DNA from: Marsupella aquatica
Taxonomy: Eukaryota; Plantae; Marchantiophyta
Direction of reading: 5' to 3'
Assembly: GCA_973895155.1 (NCBI GenBank)
Contig: OZ316899.1
Location: forward strand, 14,077,934 to 14,141,933
DNA: 64,000 nucleotides
A model generated the notes under the pieces. The model was given only the letters and a program-made list of their open reading frames with translations, searched no databases and was not told the DNA's origin. How positions within the stretch are numbered: the stretch's first letter is position 1; each line of letters opens with the position of its first letter. The translations under genes and the position numbers were made by a program. Of the stretch, positions 36,843 to 50,753 are shown piece after piece.

Positions 36843-38131
36843 TATTGTAACAGTTTCTGAGCCATTGATAACTGCAATGTTTCAAGTAGTCTCCGCGCGA
36901 GACCTCTTTCTGCTCGACATGAAACAAACGGAAGGACACCTTTGCAAAACCACAGTTAATTTCCAGAACTCGTATCGTTCATTCGGGTGCCGGAACAATT
37001 TTGGCAAATTGCTCGAATCACTTTTTATCCAACTATGTTTGCCCCATTATTGTGTATTGCTCATCTCGAGGTGGCGGACGTTTTTAGGGCTGACTTCCGC
37101 TAAAGCCAAACATCGCGTGCGGCAAATTAGAGGGTCATATTTGAAAGCAATGTGTCTTTTAAGTTTTTTTGTATTTCTTCAGAGACTTATGAGAGAAGCT
37201 TTGATCTGACCCTAAACCCTAAACCCTAAACCCTCATATTCCTCTCTCTCTCAATGAGCCTCTCGTTGGTGGATTTAGGGTTTAGGGTAACATCAAGTCC
37301 CAAGGGTTTAGGGTTTTCATTTTTCCTGATGTTTTCATTTTTTTAGGTTTCCGATTACCATTAGCCAAGTACGGGATGAATTTCGGTCGTTTTACGACTA
37401 GTTTAGCTGGATTAGGGTTGGGTATAGCTGTTTTACCTTGTGTTACATCAAACATGATGGGGGTCCATGAAAGAAGGAGCTTGCCATGCGGGTCCATCAA
37501 GAAATTTAGAAACTTGCCACCATCCTCATACTAAACCAATGGCCTAGTCCAATTGATGCTTATCATCATACTTGTCATTCCGGACATCCATCCTTGCTGG
37601 ACTACGGAATGTCCAACCCGCCCTACACGACTCCCGCGCATAGCCTTGGTTGATGACTACTATAGTCCTGTTCGGGTTCACTACCAAGATCCATGTCCTA
37701 TGGGTTTTCCGGTGACAAAATGGACCGTAAATGGCTGTGTTTCAGCTGGCTTAGACTTTGGGGCAAACCACCTGCTGTGCGCCCTCTATTTCGTGCCACG
37801 TTTTCATTGTTGTTGCCCACCGTCCTAAACCCTAAACTGTAAACCCTAAAACCCTAAACCCTTGAATCCCCACTGTTATACCGGCGGTGTGATGGATCCT
37901 TGTAGAGCATTGACAATTGGGCATGGCCCTTCTTCGCAGCCCAAGCCTCCGGCCATTGCAGCCGAACGACCCCATGGCCTGCATCACAATTATCTGTAAC
38001 GTCCTTTTGTGAAGCGTTTTCCACTTCTTCCCTACCGTCTTTCATTGCATTGGTATTTTTGCGTCAATAGTGCACAGTAGAAGATTGGTAATAACTCCCT
38101 AAACAAGACAATTAGGAATTCCTTGGAAATG

Positions 38132-40270
38132 TTTTTTTTTCATGATTTTATTAGATAGTGACCACGAAAACCCCGTGGCAAGGAAGAACAAAAAGAGTGA
38201 TCCCATAACACACAATCAACCACCCCACCTGGAGTGCGGCAACAACAACATGTGATGAAAGCCTAGAGCCTAGGCTGTCAATCTCAAACATAGGGATCTC
38301 AAGACAAGCGAACCCCATTGGCCAGAGAAAGTCCTATCTAGATGTAATCCAGATCTGTTGGCTATTCAACCAAACTATTCTTTCCTGTATAAGTATCTCC
38401 TTCACTCGTAGCAATCGTGTATGTCGTCTACTCGGGGGCACACACAGGCCCACCGTCGATGCATGGTCAGCAGCTTCTAAGAGAATAAAGCGAAGATCGA
38501 ATGTCCTAAAGCCATTGGCCTGAAACACGTGCGCATTCCTACTCTGCCATAAGGACCATAGAATCTGATAGAACATAAATAGCTTTGCAATTGTGCCAGG
38601 GTCTTCCTTAGCAGTGAGAAGCAACAGCTCAAGTATCCTATCCGCATCTCGGGGGGGTCACTTCCATGGAAGTGGCATATCATGTGCGACGAAGTATAGG
38701 GCCATTTAAATGGTTTTGGCGGAAGACTTATTAAGTCTTCTATGGAAATATAGGGTTGTTTAATTGCAAAATGCATACGTGTCATCACATGATTGGTGTG
38801 GTACAACTTTTTAGAAAGTAAGTTAGGGGGGTCATAAATGACCCAAACCGTCGCACGTGATGTATGACCCTTCATATAGTGACCCCCCCGAGATCCGCAT
38901 AATCAGTAAAGGTACCTGCGAAACACGCTGTAGCTAATGACCAACATCTCTTGGCATGAGTACATTGGGAGAAAAGATGGGGGATAGTTTCTACTGTTCC
39001 ACTGCACAGTTTACAGTACCCTTCTCCTTTGTCAATGCGCTTGGCTCGCACCCTGGTAAAGAGACCTGAAGCCAATATCCTCCAAATAAACGTCTTAGCA
39101 CGGGAGGACAGATCAGAGCTCATCATGCAACCATCTATTGCGCTGACCTTCCGTAAGAACTCCCTGCAGCAAGCTTTCTCAAACAAGGTGAAGCCTCGGA
39201 GGTGTTCTAGCTGCTCATACAAATTGCGCCATTCATTCCGTTCAGTAGACCATAAGTCTTGGATGCCTCTTATACCCAGTCGGCCACACAGCACAGTAAT
39301 GACCTCAAAATTAGTGTTGGGCCAAGATTGGAAACCGATGAGACAGCGGAGGGTGTCCGTGGTGTTCCACCTGCCAGGCATCGTGTCAGTGGGAGCAAAG
39401 ATCAGGTGGGAGCGAAGCTGCGCCCACGCTTTCCACAAGCCTCCAGTATATGAAAGTCCATTAAAGGACCGAGGGCTACATAATAACATCTTGTCCTGAA
39501 ATGAGTACTTATTCCTACGTATCCACTTATAGTTCATCCAACCCACGAGTTTCAGATTTTCTGCAAAGAGACAGGCCCATTCAGTATCAGGGCTGTCCAT
39601 AGCTCCAGTGAACCATTTGGATAATAAAGCATCGGAGTGGCTGCAAAAATCCTTCAGCCCGAGACCCCCCAACAGCGTAGGTCTGGCCATTCTGGCCCAA
39701 GAGACAACCGGGATCCTCTTGCCCCCCGCCGGATTGTATCCCCACAAAAAGTCCCGACAGAGCGCTATCATTTTCTTTGCGAGTCCCTCAGATGCTCTTA
39801 GAAACATGGAGTGGTAAATGGGGATAGCCTATAAAATGTGTCTAACCAGGAGTGTGCAACCTGAGAAGGACAGCAATTTATTCGCCCAGGAGGATAAACG
39901 GCTGCCTATTTTGTCAAGAACAAATCGATGCAATTGATCCGTCTTCAAGTCCACCCCCAAGGGGGCACCAAGATACTTTTGTAGCTCTCCTTTGTGGCTA
40001 ATCACACAGCCTGTATTCGACAGCCCCCTCAGAATCGTATTCATTGCCAGTGGGATAACAATGGATTTCCGTAAATTGAGTCTTGCTCCAGTTGCAGTTT
40101 CATAGCAATGCAAGACTGATGTGGCCATTTCAAAGCTCCTCAGTGTGGCAGGGATAAACATTCCCATGTCATCCGCAAAAGGCCTATAACAAATTGTTAG
40201 CTCATCCGAGATTGTTATCCCCAGTAGTCTTCCAGCCTCAAGCTCAGCGTCCATGAGATCCATGAGAGGT
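38132..40270 (-). mobile_element. LINE (L1-type) 3' fragment: RT C-terminus, zf-RVT, poly(A)
   Basis: PFADD, KYLGAPL, CRDFLWG..VSWARM..GGLGLKD, CKLC..ETIPHLF..C, LWSLWQSRNAHVF; AATAAA followed by A9 tail at 38132-38152 on the minus strand. Confidence 0.88.
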
Positions 40271-41720
40271 TGAGTGGAGATAACAAAGAAGAGCGTATTG
40301 AAAAGGCGTATCTAAAAGATCAGTTGGTGGCTTTACAGAAGTGGAAGGTGACGGAAATCAATCGACAGAACAAACAATTGGCTCTGACAGAAAATTCGAA
40401 GAAGAAAAGTAGTGGTGATAAGGTCTGCTTCATATCTCTTGGCCTCTCATATCTCATACTACAATAGATTCTCAAGGGAGTTTCTGATCGTATTGTGGTG
40501 GAGCCGTGATTGTTTGCAGTGGGGAAACAGAGCTTACATTTGGAATGTCAGCAGAACTTACAACAAGTCAAAAATGCCAAGCTAAAGTGGGTACAAGAGA
40601 ATGAATTGGATTCAATAGGGAGATAAATGCTCTAAACTATAGTTTAATTCTTTCAAAGATAGAGCTAACGCCATTTAATTAGAAGGCCTGTATGACATTC
40701 AGGGTCAAGTGCAGAAGGATTGGAATTCTATGGCACAGATTGCTGCTTTCTTCTAAAACATTCTCCGATGGACGAAGAGTTGAATAAGATCCTGGATAAG
40801 GTGTCTACATAGATCATTGCTGAAGAAAGAGCGGGCTTGGAAGCTGAGTTGTCTCTGGAAGAATTAGTTGCTGCTACGAAAGCCCTAGGAAAGTACAAAG
40901 CCCCTGGTCACGATGGGATTTCGGGCACATTTAGGGCCTATATTACTTGCAGGAATCAAACATGGTGTTCAACAGGGGGCAATTCAATAAGTATTGGTTG
41001 AAGGGATTAATCATTCTCCTTATGAAGAAAGGGGATGAACTCAAAATCAAAAATTAACAACAGACCCATTTCCTTGTTGACGGTTTTTTACAAAGTGGGT
41101 ACTTAAAGTGTTTCAACTCAAGACGGTTCGAATCCTAATCAAATTATCTTGCATCAATAGTACGCCTATCTTCCCGGTAGATCTATCCATAATACCTACT
41201 CACTAATAATACCATGCAACTCCATGTCTTCCTCGGATCCATATGTGTGCCTCAAATTGGATGTCACTAAATCCTTTGACAGTGTGCAATGGTTGTTCAT
41301 TGAGAAGTTGTTCATTTGAGAAGCTGATGGATAAGATGGGATTTGTGGTGTTCTTTATTGGCTTCTTCCGGGCCATTACTTGTAATGCGTCGTCTGCCAT
41401 TATGATTAATTAATGGACGAGTTACAAAATCTTTTGCCATCACAATTATATCCGCCAGACAAGGATGCCCGATATGTCCATTATTCTTCATTTTGGCTAT
41501 TCAAGGTTTGGATGGACTTTTAACGGAGAAAATCTCTGAGGGACTATTATCCGGTGTACGCTTCAGGTAGGTGGTTTCACAGCTTGCACATCAATTGTAT
41601 GCAGACAACACTTTGGTTATTGTGAAGGGAAATCGTGATAATATCAATAGATGTAAGGAATACTTTGATGCTTATGCTGTGGCATCTGGTTTAGCCTATG
41701 ACTGGATCTTTTTTTGGATC
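40271..41720 (+). pseudogene. Second, highly degenerate LINE RT fragment
   Basis: KAPGHDG, RPISLL..FYK, LPGRSIHN, KLDVTKSFDSV.W, QGCP, HQLYADNT, with many stops and frameshifts. Confidence 0.8.
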
Positions 41721-41729
41721 TTTTTTGGC

Positions 41730-41998
41730 AATGTCAAAGCCACGGGAAAGTTGTGGCACTTCAGATTGGGTCACATCATGAGTGAAAAAGGGTTGGTTAT
41801 TCTTCAGAAAAAATGATTATTATTTACTTTCTAATTTAAGTTAGAATTCTGTGAGCATTGTGTGCTTGGAAAGCAACACAGGAAACCCTTTGGAGTTGGA
41901 ACTCACACCAGCAAGGAGGTACTTGAGTATGTACATAGTGATGTGTGGGGACCAGCCCCTACTCCCTCACATTCTGGATGAGTTTACTATGTGACGTT
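41730..41998 (+). pseudogene. Copia GAG-pre-integrase / integrase N-terminal fragment
   Basis: LWHFRLGH.MSEKGL, FCEHCVLGKQHR, LEYVHSDVWGP, YYVTF, cut off by the LTR at 41999. Confidence 0.88.
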
Positions 41999-44929
41999 TG
42001 TGATGCCTAGACAGGAATCACTCGGCCAGTTAAGTGGGTAAAGCAGGAAGGCACCCTAGGAACACCTTAGTATAGGGACAAAACAAGGAAAATATAAACA
42101 ATTAGGGGCAACCATGGAACCCGGGCCGAGGCCGGAGGTAAGGACGCTGAGGGTGAAAACTCGATTAGGGTTAGGGCGCGTTAAGCGTCGGCGGCTAGGA
42201 AGGATCAATGGGAAGAAGGACCGGCAGAGGAGAGGGGTAGGGAGCGCTTGCAGGAGATGGTGGCTCATTTGCGAGCACGAACTAGGCAGACGACTACGGG
42301 AGGCCAACTACTGTCAGCTGCTTAGGCAAGCACTCGGGGAGAGAGTAGATACCGACGATCGACCTAAGGAGGGTATGAGCAACGTCAATCAAGCGGCACA
42401 TTTCTGGGGATGCCTGTTCGAACGGGCAACTGAGTACATCAAGACTTACGAGGACGAGGAATCAGAAAGGGCAGCTCGAGAACGGCAGGAGCTCGCTCGA
42501 TTGTGGGAGCTGCAGAAGACAGTTTTCTTAGGAGGCGAACTCATCAAGAACGAGTTCCTGTGGACGCCTACTTCCAATCAACTCGATGATCTTCTGTTTT
42601 GCAAAGACAACGTCGTCGGCATCCGAGAGGCCATCAAGAACTGCAACGACATACATTGGGAATTAAAGGGTAGCACGGAAAGGTGGACCCAGGCAACGGT
42701 GCTAGGAGAAACCTCCACGGCAGCAGAGATGAAGAGGAAGGGAGCCGTCAACGATGAAGCCACCCCGGCAAGAAGGACGAGGTCATTCGGCGGCTTAGGA
42801 GGATGGAAGCCGAGATTGAAGATCTAAGGGCGGCCAAGAAAGCCCAAGATGAACTGCGGATTAAACGGCATGAGCTGAACATCATGCAGGGGCAGTTGGA
42901 CACCGCGCAGGCTGATAATCAGAATATCAAGGAAAAACTGACTCAGACGCAGGGAGAGTTGGCCGACACGATCAAAGAGAGGGAGAAGTGGAAGCAAGAG
43001 CTGAAGAATACAGAGGAGGCCCACATAACAGCCAACAGCCGGGCCATGGCGGAGACCCAAAGAAAGGAATGGGCGTTGAAGGGGGAGCTCGAGAAAATCC
43101 GCGGAGCCCTTGAGCAGAAGGAGGCCGAGTTAGGGAAATCCTATCAAGGGATTATGGCGCTGCAGCAGGAGCTTGCGTCCCTGACGGCCAGCTTCAAGGC
43201 CGACCTAAGGGAGAAGGACGAGATGCTCGAACAGACTTACGCCAAGATGAACCAGATGGAGTCTGTCATCATTGCAGAGCTCGACAAGGAGCTAAGAGCA
43301 ACCCGGGAGGAGAGGACTACCTTGAAACAAGAACGGGAGGAAGCCCAGAAGGAACTAGAGGAGGCACGCAAGGACCTGGATGAGACCCAGGAGGAGTTGG
43401 AGGAAATCACGAGGAAGATGGAGAACCTCCAGCGGCGGGCCGACAACCAAACGGAGCGGCTGAAGAAACAAGCCGCAGTATTTAAGTGCTTGTCTTCATC
43501 AGGCCCAACTCCAATTGGGGCAACCAAGTTACCAGGAGTGGTACTGGCCGAAGAAAAAGCCGCGCCACCTGCACCAGTGCCGGAAGTAAGTGGGAAGGGG
43601 AAGGGACCAGCTGCCGAACCAGAAAAGAAGAAAAAGCGGAAACCTTCAGGGTCAAGGAGTAATCCGACTCCACAAGCCGTGGTGACCAAGGAGGTAGAAC
43701 CAGCACCATCCTCCGGCATGAATACGGCAATAGATCCCGCTATCATCACAGGTGGGGGTGGTGCGGCCCAAGCCGAACTACTCAGTAATGAGGCCGGTAT
43801 TCCAGATCCGCCTCTTGAGCAGGCCGGGGAGACCGTAGCCGAGGCTGAGGCCGTAACCGATTCCCGAGCCGATGCCGACGCCGATGGTGGACCCAGTCAG
43901 GCCGATGGAGAGTTGACTCAGTCAAGGGCAGGTAATCTGTCAGAAAATGAACCTACGGCAGTGGCTGAGGAGGAAGCGTTGGGGGCGCCCATTAAGGATC
44001 CACCACCGGTGTCGTGACGGTGCAAGGGCACCGTTCCTTTTAGGGAGGGCGGACGTGGAGGGAGGAGGCGTGAGTGGGCAGGGCGGGCGCTGATCTCCAA
44101 GTTTAAGATTAGGATCAGGACCAAGAGCGGCCCTGACACTTAGCTTAGTGGGATTGCGGTCCCACTGGTAGGAGCAACACTTGTGCTCCTGCCTTGCTGT
44201 ACATAGGTAGATTCGGGCAAGTAGATTACTGTTAAGTAGATTAGGCTTACGATGCAAAGAATGGCGGATCCACTACCAGGATAAGTACCTGGGCAGCGGG
44301 GAGCTCAGGGCCTCTTCTTTAGCAAGTTTTTAGTTTGCACCAGCCGGGCTGGGATCAAGTAGTACGAGAAGCTCTTGGTTAGTCATACAGTGACCCTTGT
44401 GTATATTCATGTTTCCTCATGCCTAAGAGCTGAATAGAGTTGGCCTCACGGCTTAGTTCGCAGAGCTTGTGTATGAGATGTACTGTTTGTATGGCAAGTG
44501 CATGGTATGACTCAGTCAGAATGAGTCATTTTGCTATTTGTGTGTCGCATTAACTTGTGTGAAGAGTGCCCACATCAACCAAAAGGAAGGAAAGTAAGCA
44601 GGGGAGTGAGAGTTGGATGTGTCGAGCTGAGAGAGGTCTTAGCGGCTTAACCAAGCCTATTGGGGATCATTCCGGCGGCGGAATCCAAACATACCTAACA
44701 AGACGGAGGGGAAGACAGGGGAAGGCCTAGATTAGGCCGGCTACGTATCTCATGACCCGATGAAGGATCTGTCCAGTATATGTGTGTAAAATGTTAATAG
44801 TAGTAGTAGAAGGTTAGCAGCGTCCCATGCCGCTAAGCCGCGGAAACGGCCTCGCCAAGCGTGAAACCTGCGGGAATCGGCTTGAGCTGGGGGGTTTCTT
44901 GGGTTTAGGGAGCCATGGGACGCACCACA
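41999..44929 (+). mobile_element. 5' LTR of Gypsy family X (internally deleted by ~1733 bp; full length ~4.66 kb)
   Basis: Starts TGTGATGCC, ends GCACCACA (inverted ends), followed by a PBS; the same 5' terminus occurs in the inverted copy ending at 50753. Confidence 0.8.
42114..44017 (+). pseudogene. LTR-encoded ORF of family X (central domain deleted; coiled-coil C-terminal half retained)
   Basis: ORFs 42114-42827 and 42803-44017 match the N- and C-terminal parts of the minus-strand copy 50638-47891. Confidence 0.75.
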
Positions 44930-44933
44930 TTTT

Positions 44934-44952
44934 TGGCGCTAGATGGAGGGGG
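44934..44952 (+). promoter_or_regulatory. Primer-binding site complementary to the 3' end of tRNA-Asn(GUU)
   Basis: TGGCGCTAGATGGAGGGGG 4 nt after the LTR-terminal CA; near-complement of plant tRNA-Asn ...CCCCTCCTTCTAGCGCCA. Confidence 0.8.
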
Positions 44953-44998
44953 CATTTCTTAAGCCGTGAGATATGAAGTTAGAACGGAAGCGTAGGTA

Positions 44999-47890
44999 AT
45001 GACTGACCTTACGCCGAGGGAAGAAAGAGTGATTCAACGGGAGAGAGCTCGACTGCAGCAGCTCGTCGGGTGGCATGATACACATCGACTGAGAGGGGCA
45101 GAAAGAGCTGGTAGCTCCGAAACTGGAAGTGGCGTCAAAGAAGACATACCAGAAGAAGAGTCGATAAGGAGAAGTGAGTCTCCAACCGACATGGGGGAAC
45201 CAGAGGCACGGCCAGACGAGAGGCCAGGGACCAGATTGAGCCAGCGGTCGCGCATACATTACAAGGCATTTCATGGGAGAGGAGATGAGGATCCGGACGA
45301 ATGGTTGGATGATTTCGAGGGAACCGCTGCAGCAAATGGAGAATCGGCCATCAAGATGCAGATTCTTCCCGGCCTGTTCAAGGGTGAGGCTAGGCCTTGG
45401 TACAGAGCATTAGATGTGGAAGATCAAGCCATCTGGGATATCTTCAAAACACTTTTTGTTAAGGAGTTTCGACCAATTGGAACTTCAGAACTAGCAGTGC
45501 TGAAGTTGGGACGACTTCGGTTCAAGGAGAACAAATCCTTCAGGAAGTTCTTGCAACGCTTTCAAAAACTGGTAAGACGTACAAAGACCAATGCATCTGA
45601 AGGTATGCAACTTCAATGGTTGGTGAATGCTTTGCCACAGAAGATGAGTTTTGCAATTAGGAAGGAGAACCCGGAGACTTTAGCCGAAGCAATTAAGGAT
45701 ATTCAATTATACATTAATGCAGATATCACAAGCCGGAAGAAACAGCTTAAGTCTGAGAGTTCCTCATCAGAAGAGGGATCACCCCATAAGAAAAAAGATA
45801 AGAAGAAGAAACATTCTAAGAAGTCTAGAAGTGATAAGTCAAGCTCGGATAGTGGGAGTAGCAAGAGTGAGTCATCTTCTAGTTCTGAAGAAGAAAAAAC
45901 TACCAAAAGGAAGGGCAGAAGGAGAGGGAAGACGAAAGTCAAGCTGGAGGCTAAGCCACCAGATAACATCATAGCCCTTACCGAGCAACTTAAGGCTATC
46001 ATTGCAAAGGTAAAACCGAAGAAGAAGGTAGTACAGGAGGATAGCTCTGTATGGTGTGCCTTATGTTATAAAACCGGACACCATAAAGATGCGTGTCCTA
46101 AGCTTAATACTAATCATGTTCGGCATGTGGCCGAGATCAGACCATGTCAGGGAGAAGTAGAGTACTTTTTAGGAGATGCCGCTGATAGTGTTTTCGGCAT
46201 CAGTGAGACTGGAGCACGAGACCTATCCAACAGACCTGCATCTCTATGGTCAGGGTTAAGGAACAACACAAGAGAGATGTATCCTCGGATTATTCAGAAC
46301 CCGTCAGTACCTCCTAGGCCGAATGTGCAAAGATTTGCGGCATGCTATAATTGTGGTCAACCTGGCCATTTTGCTAGAGAATGCCCGAATGCACGCAAAC
46401 AGGGTGATGGACAACCAGCTCAGCTATGTATGGGATGCCGACAGGAAGGTCATATGCTAGGGCAATGTCCTACTTGGTTGGCAGGCCTGGCCGCAAATCA
46501 TAAACTTTTGCCGGTCAAGATCTTACCGCCAGGTACTACCCCCGGAGGAGTTCAAATCAACCACATCGAACTAGGATGGCAAGAGGATGCCGAGGCAGAG
46601 TTCGTACCATCTGATGATGAGGCCGAAGCCCTATCAACCTTCTCAGAGGAGGATTTAGATCATGATTGCTACCGGGTCTCTACTCGATCTACCAGAAGGA
46701 AGGAAAGGTGGGATGGGCTGGCCAAAAATAAAGGGAAGGTTACGGAGGAAAAGATCGACTCTTCGTCAACATCAACGGAAGGAGAAGGGAGGGCTCCGGC
46801 AATACAGGTAAGCCATGAGCCCACCAGTGAACCCAATCCTTCACAAGATAGCGACTTCAATCGAGATCATCCTAAGTTGTTCTACCCCTCTGTTACGACT
46901 AGTGTTAAGGAACAACTAAGAGAATTAGAAACCCTGGAGAATACCGAAGCCATTGCCAAGGATGTAAAACGAGCAAAAGCATTGTTTGCTTCGGAAGACC
47001 CAAAAGCTGTGGAGACTAGCGTGGCAAAACTGGCCGAATCCAAGACGGAGACACCACCAGAGGAGAAGCCGATTGTTCCCTATGACCTGGCTAAAGATGT
47101 ACTAGAATCTAGAGTCTCGGCAACAGTAGGTCAACTATTGAAAAATAGCCCGTACTTCCGGAAGCAATTAAGGAAGGCTATTCTCGGCAAGCCGAGATTA
47201 CCCAAGGTAGCAACCAGATCCGACGTACTAATGATAGAAGAAGATCAAGGAGCCCCAGCATTACCATTAATGATTCAAGGAGAATTATTACTACGGGTAC
47301 CCATCGATGGAGGATCAGGGGTATGTATTATGATTGATTCAACAGCAAAAGGGTGGGGTCTAACACCGGAGATGACTGGAAGAGTGTTGAACATGGCCAA
47401 TGGATATCAGGTCATTCCCACGGGAGTGTTAACCGGCATCAAGACAGAGATAGGAGGTATCTTCTTTAGCATTAACTATGTAGTAATGAAGCCGGTAAAT
47501 CCTACGTCATTTCGGCTATTGATTGGTAGGCCATGGCTGTACCTAGCCGAGGTAATAGAAGATTGGGGTAAAAAGCAGTTCACTTTCGGGACCCCCTCTA
47601 TCACGGTATCCTGGGACACTAAGGATGACCGTAGGAAAAGCATAAGGGAAGTAGATGGGTACGACAGTGGATTGGAGTCAGCCGATGAAGTACGTTGGTT
47701 AGAATGCCTCACTGACCTAACCGAAGAAAGTGTCTTTGGACCAGAGGTACCCCCCAGCGGATTATGGCAAGAACCAATGGAAGGTGACTTGGAAGAAGAA
47801 GACGAAGAGGTCGAGGACTGCTTTACAATAGAATCCACCTTTTTAGCTGCAATTCCGGAGGAAGTAAAGGATGTAGACCAATTGGATGAA
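44999..47890 (+). CDS. gag: Ty3/Gypsy Gag-protease, truncated before RT
   Basis: FHGRGDEDPDEWLDDFE..GEARPWY capsid-like region, three CX2CX4HX4C knuckles, protease IDGGSGVCIM...LLIGRPWL; the ORF tail beyond 47890 is antisense read-through into an inverted LTR. Confidence 0.9.
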
Positions 47891-50753
47891 ACGGCCTCCT
47901 TCTGCTCAAGGGCTCCGCGAATTTTCTTGAGCTCCCCCTTCAATGCCCATTCCTTTCTTTGGGTCTCCGCCATGGCCCGGTTGTTGGATGTTATGTGGGC
48001 CTCCTCTGCATTCCTCAGCTCCTTCTTCCATTTCTCCCTGTCCTTGATTGCGTCGGCCAATTCTCCTTGGGTCCGCGTCAGTAGATTCTCGATCATCCGA
48101 TTATCAGATTGTGCGGTATCCAACTGGCCCTGCATGATATTTAGCTCATGTCGCTTAATCCGCAGCTCATCTTGGGCTTTCTTGGCCACCCTCAGGTCCT
48201 TGATTTCGGCTTCCCTTTCCCTAAGCCGACGGATGACCTCGTCCTTCTTGCTTCTTTCCAAGGCCACCGCTTCTTCCAATTGGCGCTTCTCCAACATCTC
48301 CCTCTGGAAAAAGGGTCCCTGCTCCAACTCCTCCCCAAATATGCTGAGCGCCAGTTCTCCACACATCTCCCCGTACTCCATGGCTCTGTCTTTAGCATAG
48401 TTGGAGGAAGTAGAAGTCATCGGCATCATCCACCGCGGCCTCTGCTCCCAAGCCGTCTTGCAAATCTCTTCAATCGTGGCTAGAGGGTTTGCTTCCTTTT
48501 TTGGCTAGCCGCTTGATGTCCTCCGGCCAATCTCCTCCTGGCAAATCCTTTTCTCTAGCCAGGGCTGCCTCCTCTTCCTGCCTGATTCGCTCCTGAAATT
48601 CCTGCGCCGTCTGTTTTATGCCGTCAAAGCTCGGGGGAGCAACATCTGGTGGGGGAGACTCAGGGCTACTCTGCTGGTTGGGGTCCCCTCGTACTACCCT
48701 TGGAAGTGTGGGGATAAACCGGCCACAGGTCCTTACTCATGGAACGTGATGGTCCGACCCATAGCCGGAGTTATCATGGCTGCAATCCTCCACTGCCTCC
48801 TCTACTTCTTGGACTTCCGGCTTCTCCCTCTCCTCTTTGGCCGTAGGAGCTTCAGGCAATTCTGCCTCAGATTCAGAGCTTGAGACTCCCACGTACATTC
48901 GAACACCCGGCTTGGATTCTGGCCTGATTCTCTCCTTGTCTCCAGTAAAGGGGTTTTCCCTTGTAAGCCGGTGTAGGCCTACCTCTGGAGCAGTGTCCTG
49001 CATTGTTGCCGTTGCCATTGTCGTTGCCAATGCCGATCTATTTTCTTTCTCCAGTAGTTTCAGCAGATTCTGCATGCCTGGTTGCTGCATCGGCAAGTCC
49101 TCCGTCCTTGGCCTAAACACCTGCTCGATCGTAGGGCTAACAGGTGGTTGAGGCTTCTCTGCTACCGGCCTCGGTGCTGGAGCTTCCTCGGGTGCCCTTA
49201 CCTGCAGGGGAAGTACTAGGGCAAAGGTCTGACCTCTGGCATACCGGCACAACAGCGGCATGTGATAGCCAAGCCGCGACACGCTCCCCATGCCGATTAC
49301 CTGTTGCTCCTCCTTTAAGATCTTCTTCAATTGGTTGAGGAGGTACCCGTTGTAGTCCCGGCTTGGGTCTGGCCTCTCTGCCAGATAGACCTGTGCCTTG
49401 CCGATCTCTGCCCTCGGCAAGTTACAGTGCATGGTCACCCGCAAGAAGTCGATCATCTCTCCTATGTGTGGGTTGGTGCAGGTGTTCCGGAAGAAGCCAT
49501 TCTTTGTTGATGGCCCGGGGAACGACCGGAACTCCTTGTCAGGCAAGGTCTTCCTGGTATCAACTTTGGTCTTATTGCCTATCGGCAAGCCAAACACTTC
49601 GGCAATCACCTTGGGAGTAAGATAGAAATCCTTCCCATATATCCTCGTGCAATTGGTCTCGGGTTCCCATGACCCCACGAATTCTAATAGGTCTGAATCC
49701 GGCACCTCTGGCTTCAGCCATGGTAATCTTACAAAGGCCTCTAAGCCGGATCCGGCCATGAAGCCTTGGTACTTCTTGGTCTGCATGGCCGTATAACATG
49801 CATCCTCCTCCCGTGCAAAATGTAGTTGCACCTCCACCGGTAGGGTTGCCGCCCAGCCTTTCCAGGTGTCATCCCTGGTTGGAATGGCATTGATGGGATC
49901 GACCTCCTCCTCTTTGGCTTCTCCCTGCCTCTTGCTCTGCTGCTCGGCTGGCTTCCTTGGTGCCACCGACCTCGTTCTTTTTGCCGGGGTGGCTTCATCG
50001 TTGACGGCTCCCTTCCTCTTCATCTCTGCTGCCGTGGAGGTTTCTCCTAGCACCGTTGCCGGGGTCCACCTTTCCGTGCTACCCTTCAATTCCCAGTGTA
50101 TGTCGTTGCAGTTCTTGATGGCCTCTCGAATGCCGATGATTCTGTCTTCATAAAACAGAAGATCGTCGAGCTGATTGGAAGTAGGAGTCCACAAGAACTC
50201 GGCGTTGATGAGTTTGCCTCCTAAGAAAGCCGTCTTCTGCAGCTCCCACAATCGAGCGAGCTCCTGCCGTTCTCGAGCTGCCCTTTCTGATTCCTCGTCC
50301 TCGTAAGTCTTGATGTACTGAGTTGCCTGTTCGAACAGGCATCCCCAGAAATGTGCCGCTTGATTGACGTTGCTCATACCCTCCTTAGGTCGATCGTTGG
50401 TATTTACTCTCTCCCCGAGTGCTTGCCTAAGCAGCTGACAGTAGTTGGCCTCCCGTAGTCGTTTGCCTAGTTCGTGCTCGCAAATGAGCCACCATCTCCT
50501 GCAAGCACTCCTTACCCCTCTCCTCTTCCGGTCCTTCCTCCCATTGATCCTTCCTAGCCGCCGACGCTTAACGCGCCCTAACCCTAATCGAGTTTTCACC
50601 CCCAGCGTCCTTACCTCCGGCCTCGGCCCGGGTTCCATGGTCGCCCCTAATTGTTTATATTTTCCTTGTTTTGTCCCTATACTAAGGTGTTTCTAGGGTG
50701 CATTCATGCTTTATCCACTTAACTGGCCGAGTGATTCCTGGCTAGGCATCACA
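47891..50753 (-). mobile_element. Inverted, 3'-truncated family X LTR containing the undeleted LTR ORF (50638-47891)
   Basis: Reverse complement of 41999-43120 plus the extra 1733 bp; ORF contains GLEAFVRLPW..EFVGSW..LTPKVIAEVFGLP. Confidence 0.85.

Noticed and set aside
38132-41720. One LINE with a twin-priming 5' inversion
   Set aside because: Both halves contain the (F/Y)ADD region and differ in sequence and decay, so they are two elements.
44999-48400. 1133-aa ORF as a single genuine protein
   Set aside because: The part after ~47890 is antisense read-through into an inverted LTR copy; only Gag-protease is real.
47476-48429. 317-aa minus-strand ORF as a separate gene
   Set aside because: Chimera of the LTR-ORF coiled coil and antisense protease sequence across the same junction.
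41999-50753. DIRS-like or foldback element with long terminal inverted repeats
   Set aside because: No tyrosine recombinase or RT; a PBS and TG..CA LTR are present; flanks differ (acgtt vs gggta). Better explained as two rearranged LTR copies.
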